DNA of 56,923 bases, counting the filler, from Sphacelaria rigidula (taxonomy: Eukaryota): the NCBI GenBank assembly GCA_964200075.2. It is 6 parts of 6 records of this genome, joined end to end, with 100 filler letters (N's around TTAATTAATTAA, not from the genome) between each part and the next. Parts side by side here need not be neighbours in the genome. Positions count along the whole stretch, not along the records: positions 28,514 to 37,917 come from CAXNAA020008582.1; positions 38,018 to 47,420 come from CAXNAA020008583.1; 4 more parts are not named here. One strand, given 5' to 3'. Positions 34,595-47,520 of the stretch are shown here, in pieces (the stretch's first letter is position 1; each line of letters begins with the position of its first letter). A program made the position numbers and the translations under genes. The notes beneath the pieces were generated by a model. It was not told where the DNA came from. It did not search any database and worked only from the letters and a program-made list of their open reading frames with translations.

Positions 34595-36949
34595 CTTTTG
34601 GGAATACGGCTTCACGTGCACAACAATTTTCGGTTATTTTTATCATGTTTTTTCGCGTGTGGGTTGGAATATCTGTATGTAGTGCACTGTGATGAGCACG
34701 TGCGTCCTCGTATGATGAATGATCGTGTTCGTTCTGTACTTGATATACATATGTGTGTGCATTTTAGCCGTACTTGCGCTGTCGGAACGCATTTATACGT
34801 GATACACACACAATTACAGAACAGTATCATAGCGGTGCTTTCGATACTTGCTTATGGGTTCGCAAGATGACTGTACAAGGCAAGTACTTTTCACGTGATC
34901 TGTCTTCTCGCCATGTTCTATCAATACTGTGACAAGATTCACGCGTGATTTCATGTGCGGGGCGCATGTAGCCTTCACGAGCTTCCTGCAGCTCATCCAC
35001 ACACCCTCGCTGTAATAGACAAAGGGAATTTCAGGTGATTGACTAGATATCCTCGGGTGCCATATCTGCGCCCCCGTTTTGCATTCCCGATGATTTTGTA
35101 TCTCGTCCGGCTTGCGCGCTGTTAAAAGGGTTGTTGAATTATGGCGGTAGTACCAAGTTGAGTAATAAACCTTGCTCTTGATTCTTCTTTTTTGTCACGA
35201 TGGACATGGTGCTTCTGACAGCGTCTGATCACTACTTACGTATATGCCGTTCTGGTCGCAACGTACCAGTGGTGTAAATTTTCGGCTGGCCTTGCGCTCC
35301 GCAAACGAACACACACCCTTACGTGACGAAGGGCAACGCGTCACGAATAAAAGGCAGTAGTAGGCACAACTTAGGGACACGGGGGACGGGGGGGTTGACG
35401 GGAAATGATATTTCGTCGCCAAATAGATCGAGGCAGGGAACGAAGGGCCTTTCATTTGGTAGTTTTAGTAGCCGACACAGACGCATGTAATACGTGGGAA
35501 GGAGGAAGGCTGACGGCCGAATTTTCTTTGCTGTCACTCCAGATTAGATTCGCTATTTTCTCCTCGAAGTGTGCGTTATTTTCTCTGTCTCACTCTTTAT
35601 TTGTGCGAGTAATACACAATGTGTCCGGCCACATTATTGCCGTTACAATTATAAATATGCAGGTGGTTCATGTCCACATTCACAGCACAGTACTTTCGTA
35701 CTGACAGTACAGTCCGACACCTTCTAGCTACTTTTTTTTAGTTAACGTTTTCGTGAGATGAAAAGCAGAGCGCTGACTGAGAGTGGCTTTGGTCATTCGC
35801 TTTAACTTAGCTTTTTTTTTATCCCACGTGTGCTTTTTTCTGCCTCCATCACTGGCGTGTGCTTACAGCTAGACGTCGATATCCTACCCAGGGATATCGA
35901 AGGCCTCAGTGCTAAGCTACTACAGAAAGCACATTGGGCCTCGTCGAGGGGCATTCAGAACTGAAACGGATCATTCACTAATTGACGGCTTTTCACTCTC
36001 AATCGTATCCTCTATTCTCAATGTCACGAAAAGCTTGTTAGTTGTAGGTCGTACGCACGCGGTACACACACGCGCACTGCTCTCGAAGAGATGTGTTCGA
36101 ACACAAGGAGTTTCGGTGCACGGGTGACCTCTGGTGCGCTTTATCCTGATTTTTTCAGCATCTCTAGGTTATCGACGAATTGAACAGCGCTCGTACAGGG
36201 TGAAAATTAAATCGGGCCGCAAAATTGATATTCCGGGGCGGGTTTACGATGGTTCATGATTCGACAACGCGTGCGTTTACAACCCCGTTCGTGCTGTACG
36301 CGCGTCATGCATCCTGTCCATGATGCAAAGTAACCCAGGGAAGTCATGAAATGCCAATAACTTGCACCAGCGGCGATCCGTCAGTTTTCTGTTGTGCTGG
36401 GAAGGGGGGCAGTGAACGACCCGATCTGCCCACCATGGAACACGGAATCCTGGGAAATGGGAGCGGGATTTTACCATGGAAACGAAGTGACGTGTCGAAA
36501 ATGCATAAAAGAGGGGCTAACAGTACCGGTCAAGGTAACTTTCGGCCCCTCTGCAATTGGCTCGGCTGAGGTAGAGGTAGACTCGATATTTTCCACCCAT
36601 CATGTGCCGGACACGCCCCGGCGATTGTTGCCTTGTTGCAAGGTAGACCGAACACGACCCGACATCACGGGACCGAAACGGGCATAAAGCTGAGCGTGTG
36701 GGGGACAAATGCAGACCACACCGCGTCGCGTCCGTGATAAATGTACAGGACGATAAAAAAAATCTTCTCTAGGATGGACGGTTATTGAAAATCACCAGCA
36801 AGCTGCAGCGACTATCAGGGCCGTGTCGATCCGATGGTGTGACGGCAATTGATTAGGATTGTCTTGTTCCAGTGAACTACAGACACAAGCATTCGATCGC
36901 CCCCACCTACAGCAGCAGCAGTATACTGCAGTGTCCACAGGGAAAAATT

Positions 36950-37670
36950 GAACCGAGTTCCGTGGAAAATGGGGTTCCACATTGAAATCGAGCTCAAACC
37001 CCCTTTCGAAATTTCACATTCTTGCCCGAATAATTTCACCTGTGCAAGCAACTTTGGATATTTCATCTATTTAAGTCCCCTAGATTGCCTTGCTGCGCAT
37101 TGTTACTCCGGTGTCTAAAGCCATACGTATCTCTTTTCGTACCTTCGGAAAGGCTGTCACCATGCGAGGCGCCATTCTCATCGGATTTCCTCATCTTTGA
37201 AGAACATCGTGCCGGGTTTTTTTTCCAGCCCTAGGGAAATTCCGAGAGGGCAGGGAGCTTTTCGTCTATGAAATGTCCCATTTTTACGTCTATGAAGCGT
37301 TTCCAGCAACGGAATTTATTTTCCGAAACAGGAACGATGGCACTTCACTCCTCATAAACAGTGTCCCTCTTCATCACTTCCAGACACATAAAAAAAGAAC
37401 TGGAACCACTTTTCATGACACCTGAATAAAGCCGACGAAAGCTTCCTTCGTTACCTGAGGGGAGCCATTCCGAACATATGAAATGAGATCTATATGTCTT
37501 TTAGCACTAGAGCAACAATGCGCGACAAGGCAAGCTGAGGAAGTTTTGTCAGGATAAAATGTTCAAAGTTTCTTGCGTTGGTGAAGCTATCCGGGCAAGA
37601 ATGCAAATTTTGCAACGGGGTTTGAGCCTCATTTCAACGTTCAACCCTCTTTTCCAGGAGACTCGTTCTT
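36950..37670. mobile_element. Degenerate foldback element, ~290-bp inverted arms
   Basis: TTGAAATCGAGCTCAAACCCC…ATTCTTGCCCGAATA…TTGCCTTGCTGCGCATTGTT is mirrored by AACAATGCGCGACAAGGCAA…TATCCGGGCAAGAATG…GGGGTTTGAGCCTCATTTCAA. Confidence 0.75.
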
Positions 37671-37917
37671 GTCATACAGCGCGTCCACGCTTACCGTGTG
37701 TCTGTATCGATTGATTTCGATGAGTGTTGTATCCGGTACATATATTTTTTCATCAAGATGTTTCCACCGTGATATGAGAGGATGGTTCGCTCTATTGTTC
37801 TACTCGGGGGTAAAGGCTGCGATGCGTTAACCCGGGTCAGCGCCACCTAACAGCCGATTTTCGAAAATGGGGTTGAAAAAACAAATGAGGTTCAACTCAA
37901 AAGCCGTGCTTTCCCTG

Positions 37918-38017
37918 NNNNNNNNNNNNNNNNNNNNNNNNNNNNNNNNNNNNNNNNNNNNTTAATTAATTAANNNNNNNNNNNNNNNNNNNNNNNNNNN
38001 NNNNNNNNNNNNNNNNN
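37918..38017. other. Artificial contig spacer
   Basis: 44N-TTAATTAATTAA-44N. Confidence 0.98.
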
Positions 38018-38440
38018 CTTGGCGGGGGTGGGCAGACCGAGCTAAGGGAGCAGGGGGAGCAGACGAAAGGGAAGCACAGACGAAACAAAACCAGACAAGA
38101 AAAAAAAGAAACGACCAGGAACAACAGATGAAAATTGTACAATCACTAAGGAGTATACTATCTATGAACCGCAGGGCGATCCCATGGTCTAGGCATGGCG
38201 TTAGCTATATATGCCGAGTTGGTGCCCACATGCTGAAACGTGACATCTGGGAGATATGCGACCTCGATGCCAGCGTCCAGTAGTTCCACCGACATCGTCA
38301 GCTCAAATCTGGTGAATGAACGAAAAGGCATGGAGACATGTCAAGGGCTGTTGCTGAGACTTATGAGCTGACCACGGACAAGATGCTTGCTACTGGACCT
38401 TACGAACACATAGGCTTGCGTCATTACATGCCGTACTTGC

Positions 38441-41400
38441 CTGATATTTCCTTCATTAAAACGAAACGGCCGATTATATTTCCGGCGGTAACTATGCTCC
38501 AATCTCCGAAGATCCCATAGGGCAGGGTTGAGAGAAAATCCCGGCCAGTACGAAAATGCATGTGACCTGTACATCACCCCGAACTCATGTAGGCGATACT
38601 CCGTTTTGGCAGGAGAGTCATGGCAGTTTGTACCCACTGGGGGACTTGAATCACCGTCGGTCACAATTCCACCCAAAGCTGTGACACCCTCGCGGTCATC
38701 CCTGGGAGGGCTCGAAGTCGCCTTGTCGGCGGACATGTGGTTCACACACTGTAATATCCCACCAAGGTTGTCATGTGTAGCAACACAGCCGACGTCTGGT
38801 TGCAATTGCTGCTCGCATGTTCCGTGTTCCTTCACGGTATCTCTGCCGTGGTTGCCGTTATCGCCGTTGAGTCCGTCATGCCTCGCGCTTGTCGTGAACC
38901 GAGGCCAGCCAGCATTTTTACCCTCTGTGCCCCGGGGACACTGAGCCAGATTCCCGTATGCGCAGGATCTGGAAGATTGGTCATTGATCAGAACCTGAGC
39001 AGGAAGGAGTCATTGCCAGACGGGGGCGGGCGTTTTTGGTCTCCTCGTCGTCGCCGACCTTGAGTTTGAACATCATTATCCTAGTGACGTCTTTACTTGT
39101 GCCGCTGCTACATTCTCTGTTTTCCTGAAGTTTATGGCGATCTCGAATTACTCTATTCGGAGCCGCTCAAAACACCAAAGCCGGTCCAGGTGTCCACGTT
39201 CTTTCTGAAAGATCTTAAATCCACTTGACATGTATTATCATATATATGAGCACGGCAGGATAAAAAACAGGAGGAGAGGTTCAGTTACAAGCCAAAGGGC
39301 AAAGGCAACAACCGACAAGACACGACCATGTATCAAATCCCGTGTGCCCTACCTACCTCCTTCCCTGTCAGAGACAAAAGCGTACCATTATCTCGGCTAT
39401 TTTGGTCCCGGTTGCCTCGGCGACTATTGTTATCCTTAGTGCACGAGCAGTGAACAGTTGCATTTCCTCTTGGCAGCTCTTGGTGCAACAACCTCTTGGC
39501 TGTGACGCTGGTTGGATTGGGCCCTTGCGATTGTATATATCAATATCGACCTGATATCACCGAAATATACAAGCTGGCTAGGCCAAAAAACGGGGATTCG
39601 CCAATATCACCACGCGGACGTTGTTTTTTTAAAGTTGGAACCTGAAACTTTCACACGTAATTCGTAAAGAACTCGCCGACATATGCCCTTCTCTTCACCC
39701 ATTTCTTGTTTTCACCGAGACACGACCAATTCAATATTTCTCAATAATTAAAACTTGGGTGACGACAATGTTTTGACGAATTCCTTTCAATCACGGGTTC
39801 AAACTTCAGATCCCGAACCTAAAAATGAGCACCGCTTTCCCGAGTTCCGAAACAGTCCCAGTCGTGAGACACGAAGACGTTTCTGTTGTCTCAGTGGTAC
39901 AACTGAAGCTATTCAGGGCGGAAGTTCGACGTTTTGATTCCCGGCACCCTTGAGTCTTCTTTTCGGCATGTGTCTGATCCCCGTCCATGAAGAAATGAGG
40001 ATGTAACCTAGCGTATGTGCTTGGAACGAGCGATTGCACCAATGCCTTTACCTGGATATGAATCGCAGTACAAACCGAGTTACGACCATTTGATATAATA
40101 GGGGTTTGGTTTCTTGACCAGCCTAGCTTGTATAAGCCATCGACTTTCATTCCCTCAAGTACCAAAATGGACCTTGTTCGGACCCAACATGAAGTGCAAC
40201 TCGTATCAGAGTCGCCCACGATCACAAAATGTTCCCTATTTCAGATTTTTGAAGGATCCCACTAGTGACAACATAATCGTCTCAGGTGGAAAAAGGCTTG
40301 GCGACAGAAACTATGAATTTATACCCGTGTTCATGTGCAACTTGAATTATATCCCTTTTCTAGTACCGCTTGCCGTCGTTCTTCGTTTCGTAGGCCACCA
40401 CCCACCCACCCACCGTAACAAACAATCTAGCCCTGAACCTGAACTTACACCGCGACTCATTGCCTCTAGAGTGCGTTGTTGGATTGTACACCCGGGCAAG
40501 TCAACGGGCGCTACAAGATTCAGGCCGAGCACCAACCTCGGACCTGAGTTCAAAAGTTTATTTTGAGGGCGGCCATGGGGGGGGGGGGGGGGGGGAAACA
40601 AAAAAAAAAGAAACAAACACCCGTCAAAAAAAAAAAAAGATNNNNNNNNNNCTGTACACCGTCCAGGGTTGGCGCAGCAGTCTCGGGGACGGGGCTGGTG
40701 TCTACGAGAACCAAGTAGCAAACGACCGTACTGAATAAAAAAAGTTACTGACCACACTCGAACCAATTATATTCCGTCACACTGAAATTAAGCCAACGTT
40801 GAGACCACACTAAACCTAACTGATCTATTCTCGCATTGAACGATTTTTCTGGACACGAGGAAAACTTATCTGAAATGTCATGATCTGATCGTGGATATCG
40901 ACGATATTTATACCCCGGGAGAGGCTCTATAAAAGTCAATATCCCACTAGAACATGAGGCAGGCAAAAAAACGCCGCGGTTTTCAGCCGCGCACCTGCAG
41001 ACGATATCTTCACGATAACGGCCTTATCCAAAAATTGTATACTGCTGGGAAAACTGGAAAATTCGGGTGCATCCGAGTCTGCTCTACATCATTGAAGGCC
41101 TCTGAAGGGGCAGGAGGAGGGGGGGATAGCCAGGCTTAGATAGGGCCCGCTGGTAGTGTGCGTTGGACGAGTATGCATTTGGAGAATGATTCACGGACGA
41201 ACCACACAAATTTGTCGGCGATCGACTTCTCCACACACGAAGTAGATGGAGACAAACGAAGCATGTACGTATGGAATACGTAATTTGACCTCATTTTCAG
41301 TGCCGGCTCCTTGTCGCATGCTAGCGGCGTCTGAAACAAGGGGCTCAAGATGTAGATTAGAGTGGATGGATCTCCGAAAACCAAATTACGCCGCTGTTTT

Positions 41401-44400
41401 GGGTCATACTCATATGGATGCGCCACACATTTTTGCATCTGGTGTGCACCGCGAATAGTCGTATGCATCCAACGCACCGCTCTAAGGACGAAGGGCAATT
41501 CGCAGCCTACATAAAAGTTGAAAACACACCCTGAGATGAAGTAAGAGAACTTGAGGTATACATATAACAGTATTGCTTATGAGCGAAGGAGTGCGACTTC
41601 GTCGCCGCAACCCTATCAGATTGTTTGTTAGAGTCAGCATACAAAATTTGATGCAGTTCCTCATTGAATGTCGAAGTCACAAGTGTCTCGATGTTTCTTC
41701 TTGATCCCAATTTTACCGGTTTCTTGGGGTCCTAGAGCGGTCGATAGTCCAAAGTCTCACAACAGTTCAACGTATGCTCAAAACCTCACGCCGGTTTTGA
41801 GAGTTGAAATGCAATTTTTTATACACATCTTGCTGAAGGCAAGCTCAACGTTGCCACTTGCTGGGTGGTCGCAATTTCGGTTGGTTCCACGGGTTTTGTG
41901 GGGGTAAGAGGATAACCGAGGACCCCAAGAAATAGGTGAATCGGGCAGAAATTATATCCACCTCGACACCAGCGACCTCGGACTTGCCTTCCGGAACACG
42001 AGTGCGGAATTTCGTCTCCTACGTCACAAAAACGGTACGGAGTTTGCCTGTCGATTTTGGTGCTATTCCTTGAATCAATCAGCCTGTCGGCCATGTTCGT
42101 TGAAAGGGTGCACAGGTAGTCCACATATGTTGGTAGGGTATGGAGCTGGGTTCATCTGATTCGTTGAGTTTACATCTAGACGTTTGCATTGGTAGGATGA
42201 ACACCGCAGCTATCTACGTTTTTGGTAGGGGTAGCATCTGAGCTATCTGTGTTGTTGAGTTGTATATCTAAGCCTTAGAATTTGAGTTAGGGTTAGGGCT
42301 AGTCGAGAATCCTACGTATTTCACACGAGGATCGAAGCTTTATCAAGTCGCCCATGTTTAGCGACACCTCATGTATCATCATGTCTTCTTGCTCGAAAAA
42401 CGTTTGATGGTAGTTCCTTGTGGGCTGTTATCTATAGTCAGCCTGCCCTCACCACCTACAGTTGAGGACAATTGTAAATATAGTGTTTCTCACGATTTCC
42501 GGGTCAGCATGGCACTCCAATCACCGACTACACCATCTGCCTCAGCCCCAACAGGGTAGACTGTCTTCGATGGCCGTTGGTTGGCCAGCTTTCAAATGCT
42601 AAGGCGCTTTTTGCATTGGCGATTTTGCACAAACATCATGGGCAACATGTGCCGGGTAAGTACAGGAGACACGAGATATTGTCTTCAGATAGGGGTGAGT
42701 GCCTATCCCAGTCCCACATGTCACTAACGCCTCGTTTTCTACTCGCATCGGGCCGCGCATATTCCGGTAATTTCTCGCTCTCATTACTTGATTTTTCTCT
42801 GCAGAAATGGATCGTTGTTTTCATCTGGCGGTTTCCTATATCGAGAAGTGCTATCCCCCGCATATTAACTCGATATTTTCAAACAGTGCTGTGCGCCGTA
42901 ACTTTTTCGTGCCTCGCGCACTAACGAGAGGATCGACTGGCATCTTCAGAGCTGTGAGATGGTACTTTAGCTGTAAGCTAGTCTGTGAAATTGATGAACG
43001 GTACAAAGCTTTCCGCCATCCATCAAAACGTTGACGCATGATGCCGTAGGAAACAAGAAGGTGAGCACAGCACACTTTCGAAGGGATACGTTACTTACCT
43101 GCGCCACCGATTCTGTAGAATATCGCAGCACATTCATGGCACGCCACAAAAAGCCGTCACGCACGTTCCCCGCAGGTGCTGGCGGAACCGAACTGGAAGC
43201 TTGAATTGCCCACCAATCGTCTTCGATATACAACAGATACCGCGTCTGTACCAAAGATAGGATAAGATTCATAGATGCCGCGTGTCCTGTATTTCGTTCA
43301 AAAATGGGGTACGCGGTACGTGCAGAATGGGGTCTATGTTCAATGCTTGTCCAACGTCCCATTTGCCCCGTTAAAAATCGGTTGAATGACCATGTATAGG
43401 TGATATGCGCTTAGATTGGTTAAAGCGCCGATCTACTGTAGTTAGCACAAACCTATAAAGCCGCGAACGGAGGAGAGCAGAAGAATGGAAAATAATGCAG
43501 ACGTAATATATGTAGGCGACCAAGTAATCTTCGCATTTTATACCGTTTCCTTGTTTGAATATGAATAGACTTTGCTTTTTCATCGTGATCTTTCTCTCCG
43601 TTGTGCAGTGTTGTTCTTTCGTGTTATGTGCCACCGATATTTTGGGACGGTAACGAGCAATGCTACGATAGGGGTTGCGCTTTTTAGCGAAAACGTTTCT
43701 CGGGGCTGCACGGGGTGTTGTTGCATGGATCCTTTTGAGAATCGGCGTCATTTTTACTTGAAAAAGACTGAAAATGATGCCGATTTACAAGAAGGTCCCT
43801 GCGTGAAAACATAATGTGTCTGGGAGTCCGGTCCCGAGAGATTTGGGTTGCACAGTAAGCCCCATATATTTGGGCTCCTACAAAAAAGAGAGACCCAGAA
43901 ACAAAAAGTGCAACCCCTGGCGTAGCATTGCTCTAACCCAGCTCTGCAAACTACGCACCCTTCTGATCTTCGCCAGGTGCCTTGAAGAGGTACATGAATC
44001 GCGGGAAAGCCTCGATCATGCGCATCCGATCCTCTTTGGAGCTCCCATCGTCCACCACAAACACTTCACATACTCGAAGACCATCTTCATGTATTCCTAC
44101 TGCTGGTAGACTGCCTAACATACGCTGTGTAGGCAGGGTTATTCGAATGACGCATCGATAGTTGTGGAACAGAGGTGAGACAATCCCAAGAATCACTCGA
44201 AACGACGGATAAGTTTGATTATGAAAATATGTCATTCTGAAGTTTTGGGAATTTGATCAACCTCTGGGATCAAGGAGGATATCGCACTCTACCACGGCAC
44301 AGATAGTAGCAACCTTCGGCAGCATTTTTCCTGGCACATCTTTCAAGAATCACCTTCCAGAGAGAGAGCACTTGCACAACATATGCCTGACAAATTCTTC

Positions 44401-45804
44401 AAGAATCACGCTTCCAGATCACTTGTACAACATAGAGGAGTTCAGGGCATTTCAAAAGTATGCTTGTTCATAATGCGAGCGCCTTGTACTGGTTCGCTGT
44501 CTCAAAGGAATTCAGCGGTATGGCACGATATGTGAACACTATTGTTTCCCAGACAGTCAGCAGGTCAAAACATATTTACTGATAGTCAGGACCCTCAAAA
44601 ACCTCACTGACCATCGTTTCGAGCTCCGGTGCTTATACGGCTGAGTTTCAATCGTCTAGGGTACTATTGGTCCAAAAATCACCCATTTTTGTGTTCATGA
44701 GCCACGCCCCCAGAGTAATTGTCTAGTATTAACCCTTATCCATGAGAAATAATCCCTTATGAAGGGCAACTGCCTACCCTTGCCCCTCCCGCCCGTCCCG
44801 ACGATAGGGGCAGGAAGTAACCTCGTCATGATCCAATGTATTTCCGCTGATCTTAAACTATACCTCCTGCCGAGCGTTTGACAACACATACCTGGAGACC
44901 CGCCACTGTGCCCATGAAATGTTGAATCCGTCTACAAGTCGTGATCGCAAGCGTCGCACATCCGTCATACCCACTACCGGTAGCCATTGCTGTGCCTCCA
45001 CGCGATCGTCCAACCCTCGTATGATTGCTTCCAGTTGCATGCTGTCTGAATCTGCCGGACACGCCATCAGTATCACTGACAGCCCTGGTGCCCACATCGC
45101 ATTCCTTGTTCTCGACCCTCCCGGTCTTTCCGAGTGTACTTTCGGCGTCCCTCTCGGTGGGATATGGCGTGCCGTTCATCTCGTTCAACCCGTCCATGAC
45201 CATATGTGACTTCACCTCACTAGGGCGTAGGCAATCGAACCCGCTCACAGCTGGAATATCGACGGCGTTGTGCAATTCGTAATTGCCATGAATCTGGATG
45301 TGATCATCTGGAGCGGTGTTGCGGTCCTGGCCGGAAGTGAATTCTGTACGTGGTTCGCACTTTTCATAGTCTTGTGACCTGGACAAGATCCATTCAAGAT
45401 GTGCGTGTTGCGGAAGTTCCTGCACGTCGTGGGATTTGAACAGTTTTTCAGCAATGTGGGAAAATTGAATCTCGACAGCAAGTATTGAAATACGCAAAGA
45501 TCCAGTGAACATCGAGAAAATCATGAAATGTCTAGCTGACCTGCTCTAAGTATACCGTCAGCGCTTCATCCGCTGCATGACTCAGTCCATGGCGGTGTAG
45601 ATACCACTTAGCTACTTGGAATAGGTCATCGCCTTGCCTCACCTCTAAGCTGAAACTGTCAGTGTACAGCGATGGCAGAGAGGATGACGAGGCAGGGGCG
45701 AACGCTGGCAACAAAGCAGACCACAGGAGGTGAGAAAGTGTCGAGGCCAAGCATAGAATCCATATCACGCTCCACGAGGCGCACCAGACTCGGAACGGTA
45801 CCAC
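38441..45804 (-). CDS. Multi-exon GT-A fold (GT2-like) glycosyltransferase; 3' end missing, start unresolved
   Basis: Phase-compatible exons: ~45804-45541 (signal/anchor, ends YLEQ|GTCAG); 45419-44892 (…ATLAITTCRRIQHF…LQ|GTATGT); 44124-43959 (VFVVDDGSSKEDR…QKG|GTGCGT); 43286-43099 (GHAASMN…YLLYIEDDW…AQ|GTAAGT); 38994-~38441 (VLINDQ…YRLHEF…SYWPGFSLNPALWD). Confidence 0.85.
43655..43933. mobile_element. 279-bp GAG...CTC MITE (Sola2-like) with 4-bp TSD TAAC, in intron 3 of the GT2-like gene
   Basis: TIR GAGCAATGCTACGATAGGGGTTGC / GCAACCCCTGGCGTAGCATTGCTC. TAAC at 43651-43654 and 43934-43937. Confidence 0.92.
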
Positions 45805-46628
45805 GTGGCCTAGGAGCCATACTGCTGTTGACTTTGTTTGAATTCACGACTAGGGTTCTCTCATAGTCATACTACCGACCCTCTCCCCTGCAAATACGAC
45901 TTTACTTTTCTTCCTGAATTCCCGCCTCACGCGCCATTGAACAATCATTCTCGTATTAAATCCGACATATCTTACATTACTCGCACCTGGGACCATCGTC
46001 AATCTTCACCTTCCTCATCCATACAACAGGGCGACCCAATCGCCGAGCTGCGCGGCAAAGGTTAGTGCCGAGCCATCGATACTGATATGATCCAAACATG
46101 CCGCATGATACATTGGGAAACATGGGAGGGGTGCTGCGGTTCGACCATGATCCCTGACTGGGGTTCGATCATGGTCATTGACTGGTCGAACATGCCGGTG
46201 ACCTACTTCCTCTCTGAGAACTTCATGGATGACCACTGATGATACACGTCATAGGAAGTTATACTGATGTAAATCCTGCCTGGTGGCTATCAGATTACCC
46301 AACCTCACATATTTCCCCGACGTAAGGTGAATGCATCTCATAAATTTAGAACCTGATTTCCATCGCAACGTCCCACAAGTTACAATCGTCCGACATTCAG
46401 CAACGTTTGACTTGCACCCGACACCCAGAGGACTTAACCGTTTCAATACTTGGATTATTTAACCACCGCTGACACGGGTACATCGAGGCATACGACTGTC
46501 ATCGCGGCTCTGATGGTGTGCGCAACTACTCTGGCGCAAAATCAGAGTAGCTGGTACAGTATCTGTTTTGAGAGTTCTATTGATCGAATTTGGCTTCCAA
46601 GTTTTTTCCGCTGATCATCATGTTTTCT

Positions 46629-46631
<3 letters not shown>

Positions 46632-46683
<52 letters not shown>

Positions 46684-46730
46684 TCGTCCCATCTATTCTG
46701 GACGCCGGTCTTAACTTTTCGGTATATGTT
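46632..46730 (-). repeat. (TG)n microsatellite joined to copy 3 of the short retroposon-like repeat
   Basis: About 25 TG units directly followed by GTCGTCCCATCTATTCTGGACGCCGGTC. Confidence 0.85.
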
Positions 46731-47420
46731 CCAGTGAACGGTTAAAATGTCGCCCGAACGTCATTGTGTATCCCCAATGAGTCCTCGTGAAGGGCACGTT
46801 CTACAGCCCGGAGGTTTTGCGCAATTTGACATCGCAGAGCGTGATCCATTCCGACTTATGGATATACTGAGTTAGTTCACCGGGACCTAGCCTATCACAT
46901 GCGAGACATCACCGGAAGCCCGTGTCGCCCGTGTTGTTGCGATGTCGCCAGGTGCAACTCCACCTATCGTCAAGTTGAAAATCCTCACCTGACAGTAGTC
47001 TAACTCTCCCTCTTCCAGTAGCAGCCTTGCGTCTGTCAGCGGGTCGATCCCGGCATAGACCTGACAGATGCAGGCATTTTGAACTATGAACCTCAATCAC
47101 CCCGGACTCATTGTAGAACGTTATCTTCCCGATCAAATAAGCCAATCGCTGCTTGTCTACTAATACTAGGTGTGCTCTCCCATACATGAAACAACATATT
47201 ACCTTGTTCTCTACCGTTGCTACAATTTACCATTCGCGCGCCGCTAGCAATTGCTTGGGAATAACGATACTACGAGGTAGCCATAGCGATCCCACCAAAT
47301 CCGCAGAATTCGGGTCAGACAGCATGCTCTCCAGCGGGAGAGGGGCGGGGGGGGGGGGGCGTACTCATTTGTTGCTTGCCTTAGTCATTTGGTCGGAAGA
47401 GCGTGGGGTGGGGGAAGGGG

Positions 47421-47520
47421 NNNNNNNNNNNNNNNNNNNNNNNNNNNNNNNNNNNNNNNNNNNNTTAATTAATTAANNNNNNNNNNNNNNNNNNNNNNNN
47501 NNNNNNNNNNNNNNNNNNNN
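47421..47520. other. Artificial contig spacer
   Basis: 44N-TTAATTAATTAA-44N. Confidence 0.98.
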
